This document shows positions 19,596-28,692 of a stretch of DNA of 64,000 bases, piece after piece. Made by a program: the position numbers and the translations under genes. The DNA comes from an uncultured Eubacteriales bacterium (GTDB lineage: Bacteria > Bacillota > Clostridia > Lachnospirales > Lachnospiraceae), in NCBI GenBank assembly GCA_949292725.1, contig CASFAQ010000016.1, positions 738-64,737 of the forward strand. The letters run 5' to 3'. The first letter of the stretch is position 1; each line of letters begins with the position of its first letter. The notes beneath the pieces are model-generated. The model saw only the letters and a list, made by a program, of their open reading frames with translations, had not been told where the DNA came from and did no database searches.

Positions 19596-20690
19596 TCAGC
19601 CCTTCGGCAACGCCATATCACCTGTTTTGATGAGCCTTAGATGTCTCATAATTTCTGAAAATAAAAGGGTAAGTATCGCCGGCGCCACAAAATGCATAAC
19701 GACTATCATGGCTGTTACAACAACAGGTGATGATCCACCCTCTGTAACCATGGTCTGATAAGTCATTATCTGACCGACAAGCCCCGACGTACCCATTCCG
19801 GAACCGGTGGCATTATTGGTCATATGAAGCAGACATGTTGATACAGGACCCAGAATCGCACTTGTCAGCGTAGGAGGTATCCATATAAGCGGTTTTCTTA
19901 CTATATTCGGAACCTGAAGCATGCTTGTTCCAAGCCCCTGTGCCAGAAGGCCTCCTACCTTATTCTCCCTATAACTTGCAACGGCAAATCCAATCATCTG
20001 AGCGCTGCATCCTATGGTTGCCGCTCCTGCCGCTATTCCCCCAAGTCCAAGGGATACTCCTATGGCGGCCGAACTAATAGGCAGTGTAAGGATCATTCCC
20101 ATAAGAACCGACACTACAATTCCCATGACAAACGGATAACTTTCGGCTCCCATATTAACAAGTCCTCCAAGCATCGTCATAAACGACGATATGGAAGGTC
20201 CGATAAGGATACCAACTGCACTTCCTGATATAATTGTAACAAGCGGAGTGAGAATAATATCTAATGGCGTCTTTCCCGCTATAAGTCTTCCTACCTCTAT
20301 TCCTACAAATGCAGCCACAAAAGCTCCCAGCGGTTCTCCCGGAAGCCCCGTAACAGTACTTATTCCGGCTTCATCAGTGCTAAATGAAAGAACCACACCA
20401 GTGCCCAGTATCTTACCTGCCCACGCTCCGACCATTCCACATACAGCGGAAGATACGGCAACAAGCGGCGTTGCCTTAAACTTACTCGCAACTCCTACAC
20501 CAATACCTGCGCCGGTAAGCGCTTTTGCAATCGTTCCTACGGCTACAATATAGACCCCTGCAATACCCGGAACAAAACTGCCAATCTGACAGAGTATAGT
20601 ACCGATGATAAGTGTTGCAAACAATCCAAGAGCCATTCCTGACAGCCCGTCGACAAAGATGTGATTAAGTACTTTTTTAATATTATTCAT
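19596..20690 (-). CDS. PTS EIIC_2-like polytopic membrane protein
   Basis: ~364 aa, Gly/Ala-rich and polytopic. I prefer the ATG at 20690 (GGGAG 6 nt upstream). The ORF-track start at 20711 is a GTG inside a palindrome. Confidence 0.65.
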   Translation of the reverse strand: MNNIKKVLNHIFVDGLSGMALGLFATLIIGTILCQIGSFVPGIAGVYIVAVGTIAKALTGAGIGVGVASKFKATPLVAVSSAVCGMVGAWAGKILGTGVVLSFSTDEAGISTVTGLPGEPLGAFVAAFVGIEVGRLIAGKTPLDIILTPLVTIISGSAVGILIGPSISSFMTMLGGLVNMGAESYPFVMGIVVSVLMGMILTLPISSAAIGVSLGLGGIAAGAATIGCSAQMIGFAVASYRENKVGGLLAQGLGTSMLQVPNIVRKPLIWIPPTLTSAILGPVSTCLLHMTNNATGSGMGTSGLVGQIMTYQTMVTEGGSSPVVVTAMIVVMHFVAPAILTLLFSEIMRHLRLIKTGDMALPKG

Positions 20691-20707
20691 CATATTCTCC
20701 CGGTAAT

Positions 20708-20727
20708 TCACTACTCTAGAGTAGTGA
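20708..20727. promoter_or_regulatory. Perfect 20-nt palindrome TCACTACTCTAGAGTAGTGA between the cistrons
   Basis: Read directly from the sequence. It lies between the gshA-like stop (20748) and the EIIC-like start, with no U-tract. Confidence 0.4.
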
Positions 20728-20747
20728 TTTTTCTTTGGTACATAATA

Positions 20748-21959
20748 TCATATGTCATTTTCATGTTCAATAGCATATGAATTTTTTTTCATAAGTGCCA
20801 TTCCGTATGCTTTCATGTCACCGGCATATTCTTCGTTACATTGCCGTACTATGATTCTTGAATACATGTTATCCTCATCTTCTATCTTTGAGAACTGATG
20901 CTTTAATGCATGAATATAATCCGAATCTGCTTTACAGGTATAATATTTCTTTATCTCATTAAGCACATCATATGCCTTATCAAGGAGTTGTCCATTATCA
21001 TACTGTGCCGCAAGTCTTATCATGTCAAGCGCCTCTTTCTGTGCTTCCTCATCAAATTCCGCATAATCAAGCGAATCCAGATATTCAAACAGCATATCAA
21101 GAAAGATAAGATCTTCCCTAAATACACCATAAGGTGTAAGGGGATTGATGTCAAGGAGTCTGAACTCAATATACTCTGCGCCATTCTTTTTCAGATTATC
21201 AAGATTATAATGCCCCTTGCATTTTAATCTGACCGGATAATAAAGCTCCGATTCAGAATACAGGAGTCCCTTATTTACCATATTATCTATGGAGCTTATA
21301 TATCCGTCAAACGAGGTATAATCTATTATTGGCGTAAAATGATTCCAGTAACCATTTTTTCCACATCTTATCGATGCTTCCTCATCCGATATTGTAAGAC
21401 CGTATCTGTCACTGCTTACCAGCGATATGTCACAGATTGGGCTTGCACCCATCAATAATACCGGAAGCCATGCATATTCGGCAATTCTCGCAGCAAGCTT
21501 AAGATATCTTTCGTTCGTATCCGGTATGTTATTATTATCCAGAGAATAATTATAGTGAATCCCACAATAGAGCATCTTCCTCACGTCATATTTCTCCGAA
21601 AGAAGCTTCCTGTAATCCTCCCTATACTTATCTTTCCTTTCAAATCTGGCGATACCTATCTCATCATTTGGTAGTAGCACAGGTGGCACAGAAAAAGGCC
21701 AGATATATTCTCTTGTTTCACCATCTGTTGAAAGCACGGACTCAACTTCTCTGTATATACTCTTTAACGCCTGATACACCTCATCTATACTTTCGCACGT
21801 ATCAGTTATCAGTTCCATCTGGCACTCAGCATAATCCTTTGAAATATGGGCGTTATCAAATGGATGCTCCTTTTGGGATATGCGCGCATCATTTGTGACC
21901 CTGAGGCTTTCCAGCTCTATTCCGAATGTTTTGTAATGGTTGATATTATAAATTTTCAT
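20748..21959 (-). CDS. Glutamate--cysteine ligase (GshA-type) homologue
   Basis: 403 aa. GIELESLRV...HPF...DYAECQMELIT parallels E. coli GshA GLERETLRV...HP...DFAEALLEFIT. Confidence 0.65.
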   Translation of the reverse strand: MKIYNINHYKTFGIELESLRVTNDARISQKEHPFDNAHISKDYAECQMELITDTCESIDEVYQALKSIYREVESVLSTDGETREYIWPFSVPPVLLPNDEIGIARFERKDKYREDYRKLLSEKYDVRKMLYCGIHYNYSLDNNNIPDTNERYLKLAARIAEYAWLPVLLMGASPICDISLVSSDRYGLTISDEEASIRCGKNGYWNHFTPIIDYTSFDGYISSIDNMVNKGLLYSESELYYPVRLKCKGHYNLDNLKKNGAEYIEFRLLDINPLTPYGVFREDLIFLDMLFEYLDSLDYAEFDEEAQKEALDMIRLAAQYDNGQLLDKAYDVLNEIKKYYTCKADSDYIHALKHQFSKIEDEDNMYSRIIVRQCNEEYAGDMKAYGMALMKKNSYAIEHENDI

Positions 21960-21989
21960 ATGAGATTTACTTCCTGTTGTTTTTTTTAT

Positions 21990-22018
21990 ATTTTAACCAT
22001 TAACTTATGATATGTAAA
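21990..22018 (-). promoter_or_regulatory. Putative sigma-A promoter of the gshA-like operon
   Basis: Minus strand: -35 TTTACA, 17-nt spacer, -10 TAAAAT. Confidence 0.5.
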
Positions 22019-22032
22019 TAATAATTTAGGGG

Positions 22033-22061
22033 TTGACAAACAGACATCCATAGTGTATCAT
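22033..22061 (+). promoter_or_regulatory. Putative sigma-A promoter of tRNA-Gly
   Basis: -35 TTGACA, 17-nt spacer, -10 TATCAT, 27 nt upstream of the tRNA. Confidence 0.6.
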
Positions 22062-22088
22062 TTTTATTGTTGCAAAACAAAAGCACAT

Positions 22089-22160
22089 GCGCGAGTGGCT
22101 CAGTGGTGGAGCACTTCCTTGCCAAGGAAGGGGTCGCGGGTTCGATCCCCGTCTCGCGCT
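22089..22160 (+). tRNA. tRNA-Gly (anticodon GCC)
   Basis: 72-nt cloverleaf. Acceptor GCGCGAG/CTCGCGC, D-stem GCTC/GAGC, anticodon stem CTTCC/GGAAG with loop TTGCCAA, T-loop TTCGATC. No encoded CCA. Confidence 0.93.
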
Positions 22161-22184
22161 CTGAATTATAAACTTTTAAATGAT

Positions 22185-22226
22185 ACGGCTGAATGCTAAA
22201 TATATTAGCGTCCAGCCGTTAATTTT
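22185..22226. terminator. Stem-loop terminator between the tRNA and the convergent pilin-sortase gene
   Basis: ACGGCTG...CAGCCGT with an inner GCTAA/TTAGC stem, followed by TAATTTT. Confidence 0.5.
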
Positions 22227-22231
22227 GTTGG

Positions 22232-23500
22232 TCATACAGAGCGAACACATCGCACCGCTATTCTTTCACGTCCGCCATATGTACAGGTGAACAGCGTAAG
22301 CGCCCAGTCACCGTTAAGCATTCTCTCGCAATCGTATCCGTCTATCACTTCTGTCTCATGCACGAGATAATTGTGAGTAACGCCCGTTACATCCGTAAAC
22401 TTTATAACATCCCCTGCTTCAAGATGCCGTATTCCGTTGAATACACTTCTCATATTATGCCCTGCAATTATCATATTATCCTGTCCGCAGGTTCCGGAGT
22501 ACAGACATGGGCCGTTACCAAGCGCTTTATCGGTGCACTCACTCTGAACCGGAAGTTTTACACCAGTCTTTGGTATATCTATAACTCCAATGTAGTCTGT
22601 ACCATCTACATCAAGGCTCTGCATCATCGAAATATCCACAGGACTATCATAACCGCCTGCCGTAAGCATCGCCTGCTCATAATTATCGAGCGCTGTAACG
22701 TTATGTGCACGAACCTTATTATCCTGTATATTATTGTATACAAACAGACTTATCGCACATCCGATGCATATTATGCCTCCTGACCACAGAAACCTTCTTA
22801 TGTTCTTGTTTATCAGCTTTACAAATCCGGCAATGATAAATACCATGCCTGAAACAGCCAGTATGGACACCGGCCACCAAAGCTGTCCTGTCTGCGGAAG
22901 TTTTTCTCTGTCATTATCCTTACTGTTATTAAGCCATGCCGCCCCGTCGTCATAAAAAGCCGCATATTTGCCCATCTCATCCTCAACAAGCTCCGGTTTT
23001 ACAGCCTTAAGCTTCGCATCAATTATGATCTTTCTCGTTATATCATCATTATTTTTTACCGGAAGCTCAAAGATTACAGGCTGTGCTATATATCCAACAT
23101 TGTCGTATATGTATCCCGATGGTGCGACAAGGTACAATCCGTCCGAAAGATTTTTTATGACCGCATTACCCTTTGAATTGGTCTTCTTGTCAGTCTGCGT
23201 ACTTATCTTATTCTTTAATATATAAGACGAAAGCTGTTCAGCTATATCCTGCCATCCGGAAACATCCCTGTATTCATTAAGGTCCGCAGAAGAATCTTTG
23301 AATGAGGATGTCTTTTCAAAAGAACCTTCCTTTGTCAGAGTGGCAACCTTATACAGCTTAACACTCATACCCTCTATATTTACATCATCATAATTATACT
23401 GTACAGTAACCTCATTATGCGCATTATCCGCGGCTTGCACAGGTACTCCAAACATGCCGATAATCAACGACATTGCAATAAACAAAATGTATCCGGCCAT
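22232..23500 (-). CDS. Fusion protein: secreted Cna-B/pilin-like domain with an LPQTG sorting signal joined in frame to a sortase catalytic domain
   Basis: ATG at 23500 follows AAAGGGGA. Signal peptide, then LPQTG (22886..22900), a TM segment and KLINKNIRR. A second TM follows directly, then sortase motifs (IIAGHN, TLFTCT, downstream R). No stop or start at the junction (~22790). Confidence 0.85.
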   Translation of the reverse strand: MAGYILFIAMSLIIGMFGVPVQAADNAHNEVTVQYNYDDVNIEGMSVKLYKVATLTKEGSFEKTSSFKDSSADLNEYRDVSGWQDIAEQLSSYILKNKISTQTDKKTNSKGNAVIKNLSDGLYLVAPSGYIYDNVGYIAQPVIFELPVKNNDDITRKIIIDAKLKAVKPELVEDEMGKYAAFYDDGAAWLNNSKDNDREKLPQTGQLWWPVSILAVSGMVFIIAGFVKLINKNIRRFLWSGGIICIGCAISLFVYNNIQDNKVRAHNVTALDNYEQAMLTAGGYDSPVDISMMQSLDVDGTDYIGVIDIPKTGVKLPVQSECTDKALGNGPCLYSGTCGQDNMIIAGHNMRSVFNGIRHLEAGDVIKFTDVTGVTHNYLVHETEVIDGYDCERMLNGDWALTLFTCTYGGRERIAVRCVRSV

Positions 23501-23517
23501 TTCATTAATCCCCTTTC

Positions 23518-26055
23518 TTATTGATAGAAACAATATCTGTCTTCCTCCTCCCTTTTGGCCCGATACATTGCGCTTTCCGCCTGCTCGAGCAGCTCATATG
23601 CGCTTGATTCTCCCGTAGTGTCTATCGATACGCCTATGCTCGCACACACGGACGTATTATCTTCTATACGAATATCCTGAAGCGCACTTACAAGTTTTTT
23701 TACCCTTAGTTCTACATTATCCCTGTTTAGAACTCCTGATAGGAATATGACGAACTCGTCTCCTCCGAATCTCCCAAGCATGTCCTCTTTACGGAACACA
23801 TTTTTGATGATATCGGCAACGGACTTTAGCACCTCATTGGCATTTTCATGTCCCATCACATCATTAATATACCTGAAATTATCTATATCGACAAGTAAAA
23901 GCGCTCCTCCGCCTGCCTCAGAGTTACGTTTGTTAAGGGCATATATGGTCGAATCGTGATTAAGCATACCGGTGAGAGCATCATTGGCCGCATGTTTCTT
24001 AAGATCAGCCGTCATCTTCATATCCTTATCTATACTGTCGGAGCGACCTACAATACGGTATACCTTTCCGCTGTAATCCGCCACGCTTTTGTAATATGAT
24101 CTGTACCATTTATACTCGCCATCCGATGAAAATCTGGCCTTGTAATCCATGGAACCACTTCTTGGATTCTTAATTGCATCACCGAATACTTTCCTGTGTA
24201 TGTCCATGTCATAATCATCAAGCCAGCTGCATTTTCCCTCTCCAAGGAATTTTTCTGCCGTTACAGTCCTTATATTACCTGCGCTCTCACATAATTCTAC
24301 TGTTATGATATCCCTGTCAGGATCATAGTCATAAGTTATCGTTCCCGGAATCTTGGCAAGTGTCTCGTATTTTTTCTGAACCCACTGCTGCGTAAGCTCT
24401 TCACTCATGTGAAGCGTCTCAGTTATATCCTCAAATACGGCAAATATTATATGTCCCTCATCAGAAGTATTAACATGTCTCATACTTATATGAATGTATT
24501 TGCCACAGGAATCAACCTTCATATCATAACTGTATGTTTTTCTTGATATGGTTTCTTCAACCGAATCTATGACTTCTGCCCGCATATCCGCATCCACATT
24601 GTTTAGAATATTATAATGCAGCATATCTGTAATTTTCCTGTCAGGATCAAGGGCTCCAATACATGAATTAAATATAAACGAAGCATTACTCTTGGAATCC
24701 AGAAGTTCGGTAAGGTTGATTCTGTTATCCGCCTCTCTGTGACGTGTTGTCACATTGTCCGGGCCACTCATTATAAGCTTCTCAAATGAATCCGCATCCA
24801 TTGGCATGGCAAAATAATATCCCTGCATAAATCTGCATCCCATATTCTTAAGGAGTCTCGCCTGTTCTTCCGTCTCCACTCCTTCTGCGATTACATCCAT
24901 GTCAAGTGCATGCGCCATACGTATGACCGAGCTGATTATATTGCCTGCTCTGGCATTATTATCAGTTTTTGATAGAAATTTCAGGTCCATCTTAAGCGTA
25001 TCCACCGTCATATCCTTAAGCATGTTTAAGGACGAAAATCCACTTCCAAAATCATCCATCTCGACCTTGAACCCGAATTGTCTGAGCTTTGATACAATCT
25101 TAATAAGTTCGTCAACATCCCTGATATATGCACCCTCAGTAATCTCAAGTCGTAACATATCTTTAGTAAGTCCGTAATCATCGACCAGTTTTTTAAAGTA
25201 TTCACATACATCTATACTGAGTACATCATTTCTTGAGATATTTACCGAAAGCGCTACGGATATATTTTTACCTGATTTCTTCCATTTCTGCATATATCCG
25301 CAAGCCTTATCCCATATGTAATGATCCAGAAGAAATATCTGTCCCGAATCCTCCAGAATCGGAATAAATTCATCAGGCGATATGTTGCCAAGCTCGGGAT
25401 TATGCCATCGTGCAAGTACCTCTGCTCCAATTATCTCGCCGGTCGTATAATCGTACTGTGGCTGAAACCACGGAGCTATCTCTCCATTGGCCAAGGCATC
25501 TCCTACCCCATGCCTTATCCTTGAAGTACGGGCTTCCCGCTTCCACAACTTCTCATCGCAGAATACGATATTGCTTCCCGAAATCTCCTTAGCCTTTTTC
25601 TGTGCAATATTGGCATAATCAAGCAGGTGATTGACATCAGTGACCTTATACTCCTTTGGATCAAACACATACACTCCGGCACACATCTCAACCACATACT
25701 GCTTCTCAGGAGTATACAGATATTTTTCAATACTGCCTGACACATAACGAAACGCCTCACATGTCATCTCTTCTGAATCAAATGGTGCAAAAACAACCAC
25801 ATTATCGCGCGAGATACGGGCGACAATTCCCTTATCGCCTATTACTTCAGCTATAACCTCTGCCCAGTGACGAAGAAGGGCATCCCCTTTTTCATAGCCA
25901 AAGAAATCATTGACAAATTTGAACTGCTTAATGTCCAGATAACACACCTGATACACTTCATTCAGAGCATCGGACAGAATATCTTTAACCTTTATCTTGA
26001 AACCCTCATAGTTAAAGCATCCCATCAGCTCATCATAATAATTAATCTTATTCAA
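23518..26055 (-). CDS. c-di-GMP turnover protein: degenerate GGDEF, EAL, PAS-like region, intact GGDEF
   Basis: 845 aa. EAL-domain motifs are EVLARW, EITEG, DDFGSGFSSL, AEGVETEEQ, QGYYF. The C-terminus has GRFGGDEFVIF. The N-terminal GGDEF site is degenerate (RISRDNV). TTG start after GGGAG. Confidence 0.9.
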   Translation of the reverse strand: MNKINYYDELMGCFNYEGFKIKVKDILSDALNEVYQVCYLDIKQFKFVNDFFGYEKGDALLRHWAEVIAEVIGDKGIVARISRDNVVVFAPFDSEEMTCEAFRYVSGSIEKYLYTPEKQYVVEMCAGVYVFDPKEYKVTDVNHLLDYANIAQKKAKEISGSNIVFCDEKLWKREARTSRIRHGVGDALANGEIAPWFQPQYDYTTGEIIGAEVLARWHNPELGNISPDEFIPILEDSGQIFLLDHYIWDKACGYMQKWKKSGKNISVALSVNISRNDVLSIDVCEYFKKLVDDYGLTKDMLRLEITEGAYIRDVDELIKIVSKLRQFGFKVEMDDFGSGFSSLNMLKDMTVDTLKMDLKFLSKTDNNARAGNIISSVIRMAHALDMDVIAEGVETEEQARLLKNMGCRFMQGYYFAMPMDADSFEKLIMSGPDNVTTRHREADNRINLTELLDSKSNASFIFNSCIGALDPDRKITDMLHYNILNNVDADMRAEVIDSVEETISRKTYSYDMKVDSCGKYIHISMRHVNTSDEGHIIFAVFEDITETLHMSEELTQQWVQKKYETLAKIPGTITYDYDPDRDIITVELCESAGNIRTVTAEKFLGEGKCSWLDDYDMDIHRKVFGDAIKNPRSGSMDYKARFSSDGEYKWYRSYYKSVADYSGKVYRIVGRSDSIDKDMKMTADLKKHAANDALTGMLNHDSTIYALNKRNSEAGGGALLLVDIDNFRYINDVMGHENANEVLKSVADIIKNVFRKEDMLGRFGGDEFVIFLSGVLNRDNVELRVKKLVSALQDIRIEDNTSVCASIGVSIDTTGESSAYELLEQAESAMYRAKREEEDRYCFYQ

Positions 26056-27847
26056 TATGCGCTCCCTCTACAATCAGTTTTGTATAAACCACCGCATGCT
26101 CCGGTGAAACATCGAGCTCCTCGGTCATATCAAGCACCGGCATGGAGTCCGTATCAAAATGAACTCTTCTAATTCCACTGCTCCTTACGCCTTCCTCGCC
26201 CGGTCTTGCATGATATGTATTCCATATATCTCCATACTCATCCACGACATAAGCATTATGTCCTGTTCCAAATTCTCCCGGCACGCTTCTTGAGGTAAGA
26301 ATAGGATAATTATTCTTCTCCCAGTTTTCCCTGACAAGAAGATCCTTTCCCTTTTCAATCGTGAGCATGCTTACCACATATGATGTATCCACTGCAGCGC
26401 TTGAAAATGTAAGCACTATCCTGTCTTCAAATATGAGCGCAAATGGTCCCTCATCGACAAATGTATGATTATTGGCCCAGCCATAATCCGGTTTTGACAA
26501 CACTACAGGCTCAGTAATAAGCTTCCACGGTTCATTTCTGTCAATCTTTGCGATATAAAGCCACGCTCCCAGATCCTTAGGCAGAAACTGCCTTTGCGAC
26601 CATACTGCATAATACTCATCCTGCCATTTAAAACAGGTCATATCAAGCGTAATCTCCCGACCCATCTCGCACAGATCCGTGCCGTCCCATTTCACAACTC
26701 TCTTTGGTGCGGACCAGTCATCCTTATTGGAAGGATTACCACCGTCACAAAGCTCCATAACATGCGACTCTTCACAGAAGAATTCTCCCGGAGTAAGAGC
26801 AAGGAATATATAAAGCTTTCCATCTATCTCATGAAACTCCGGCGCCCACAAAAGTCCCTTTGCATAATCATACATATCCGAATCAAGTATAAGTTTTTCT
26901 TCAGCGCTTACAAGCTCAGGGATGCTGTCAGCCTCCCTCACATACAATGAATGATTATTATCGGCATCATTGGTAGCTATAAAATAATATTTTCCGTTCC
27001 AAAATCCTATACACGGGTCAGCCCTGTTATATGCTACCGGAAACTCATAATGCTCCTTATGTATAACGCCTTTTATATAGTATTCTCCGCTCTTATCAAA
27101 GTCTATACCGCAGACATCCCAGTCGACTCTTTTTAATGCGCTTGTGCCATCGCTGTATAACGCCCTAATGCGGATGTCCTCAAGCTCCTCTTTGGACGAA
27201 ACTCTGATAGTGTCGCTCACTTCGTTACCTATATGATACGCCACAGTAAGTTTTTTTACAAGTCTGTCTGCAATTTCATCAGACACACGAATGACAGCAC
27301 AATCCCTCGCGCCTTCAATATCTGTTTCGACACAACCGGACGACGGCTCATCACATGACGATATCCCATCAACCTGCACTCCCCCGGTCATATCCTTTAG
27401 TATACTTTTATACCACTTACCGCCGGCACTCCACATAAGCCTGTAGTCGTCACAGGCTTCGTCATATTCACAGTATATCCTTTCAACTTCTGTATCTGAT
27501 ACATGTATCATTCCAATTTCTTTATACTTTATAAGGTCTTTGGTCTCCCAAAGCAGGATACCGCCCACATCCTCAGTATCCGCACAGCCCTCGCCGTCAG
27601 TACGTACGGCAAGAACATAGAATCCGTCCTTTGTCTTCTTCTCTGTTATAAAAGGATTCCTAAGACACTTGGGATTGAGGGAACCATCCTCATTCTCTGT
27701 AGCCAAAGCGAACAGAACACCCGAATTGTGGTTTAGCGCAGTAAATCCGTCTCCCTCCCTGATGGCAAGATGCATACTGTATGCTATTCTCGCATCATAA
27801 TGAACAGAATCAATCGGCTTCCTTGTGTAATATAATATTTCTTTCAT
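26048..27847 (-). CDS. Glycoside hydrolase family 43 protein with a ~270-aa N-terminal extension; no signal peptide
   Basis: 599 aa. RADPCIGFWNGKYYFIAT, WAPEFHEIDGKLYIF, DEGPFAL and GHNAYV fit a five-bladed-propeller GH43 pattern. Confidence 0.85.
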   Translation of the reverse strand: MKEILYYTRKPIDSVHYDARIAYSMHLAIREGDGFTALNHNSGVLFALATENEDGSLNPKCLRNPFITEKKTKDGFYVLAVRTDGEGCADTEDVGGILLWETKDLIKYKEIGMIHVSDTEVERIYCEYDEACDDYRLMWSAGGKWYKSILKDMTGGVQVDGISSCDEPSSGCVETDIEGARDCAVIRVSDEIADRLVKKLTVAYHIGNEVSDTIRVSSKEELEDIRIRALYSDGTSALKRVDWDVCGIDFDKSGEYYIKGVIHKEHYEFPVAYNRADPCIGFWNGKYYFIATNDADNNHSLYVREADSIPELVSAEEKLILDSDMYDYAKGLLWAPEFHEIDGKLYIFLALTPGEFFCEESHVMELCDGGNPSNKDDWSAPKRVVKWDGTDLCEMGREITLDMTCFKWQDEYYAVWSQRQFLPKDLGAWLYIAKIDRNEPWKLITEPVVLSKPDYGWANNHTFVDEGPFALIFEDRIVLTFSSAAVDTSYVVSMLTIEKGKDLLVRENWEKNNYPILTSRSVPGEFGTGHNAYVVDEYGDIWNTYHARPGEEGVRSSGIRRVHFDTDSMPVLDMTEELDVSPEHAVVYTKLIVEGAHIE

Positions 27848-27861
27848 ACCATCATCTCACT

Positions 27862-28692
27862 TCACTCATTATATTTTTCAAGAAAATGATACTTAATACC
27901 ATTCTCCTTGTAAGCTATTATCGTGCTGAGATTGACATTCTCAACACTTTTGAATATATTGCCTTCGATATACGGATTGACCTTACGCAGATTACGTATA
28001 AGCTCCTTTATCTCCTGCCTCTTCGACATGCTTTTATCTTCCCCGCATAATGATACTTCTTCCGTAAATCTGCACGCACACCGGAGGAATTCAAGTTTAT
28101 TATAATCCCTCCATGCAATGATGCTTTCTTCCCTTATAAGATACATGGGTCTTATAAGCTCCATTCCTTCAAAATTCGTACTGTGAAGCTTGGGCATCAT
28201 AGTCTGTATCTGCGCTCCATAAAGCATACCCATAAGTATCGTCTCAATGACATCATCATAGTGATGTCCGAGCGCTATCTTATTGCATCCTAACTCTTTT
28301 GCCTTGCTGTAGAGATGTCCTCTTCTCATCCTGGCACACAGGTAACATGGTGATTTCTCCACATGATATACGGAACCGAATATATCAGTTTCAAATATCG
28401 TTATGGGAACCTTAAGCATCTCTGCATTATGCTGTATCTGCTCCCTGTTCTTCTTGTTATACCCGGGGTCCATCACCAGAAATTCTACTTCAAACGGAAC
28501 CTTATTGTGCTTCATAAGCTCCTGAAAAAGCTTTGCCATAAGCATGGAATCCTTTCCACCGGATATGCAGACGGCTATTCTGTCATTTGCATTAACAAGC
28601 TCATACTCTCTTACCGCTTTGGTGAATCTGCACCAGATGTCCTTATGGAATTTTTTGACTATGCTCTTCTCTACATCTGTCATCTCATTCAT
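27862..28692 (-). CDS. ttcA: tRNA 2-thiocytidine biosynthesis protein TtcA-like (PP-loop ATPase)
   Basis: PP-loop CISGGKDS and Cys motif CYLCARMRRG. ATG at 28692 follows GGAG. It overlaps the tcdA stop. Confidence 0.8.
   Translation of the reverse strand: MNEMTDVEKSIVKKFHKDIWCRFTKAVREYELVNANDRIAVCISGGKDSMLMAKLFQELMKHNKVPFEVEFLVMDPGYNKKNREQIQHNAEMLKVPITIFETDIFGSVYHVEKSPCYLCARMRRGHLYSKAKELGCNKIALGHHYDDVIETILMGMLYGAQIQTMMPKLHSTNFEGMELIRPMYLIREESIIAWRDYNKLEFLRCACRFTEEVSLCGEDKSMSKRQEIKELIRNLRKVNPYIEGNIFKSVENVNLSTIIAYKENGIKYHFLEKYNE

Noticed and set aside
22731-22781. Internal AGGAGG plus ATG (22767..22769) as a separate start for the sortase part of the fusion
   Set aside because: The ATG is out of frame with the sortase domain and hits a stop after 12 codons. 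It also lies inside the hydrophobic segment that the sortase needs as its membrane anchor.
22089-27847. tRNA-Gly as an integration site for a genomic island carrying the pilin-sortase, GGDEF-EAL and GH43 genes
   Set aside because: There is no integrase, no direct repeat of the tRNA 3' end and no obvious compositional break. The genes are transcriptionally contiguous with ttcA/tcdA/carB.
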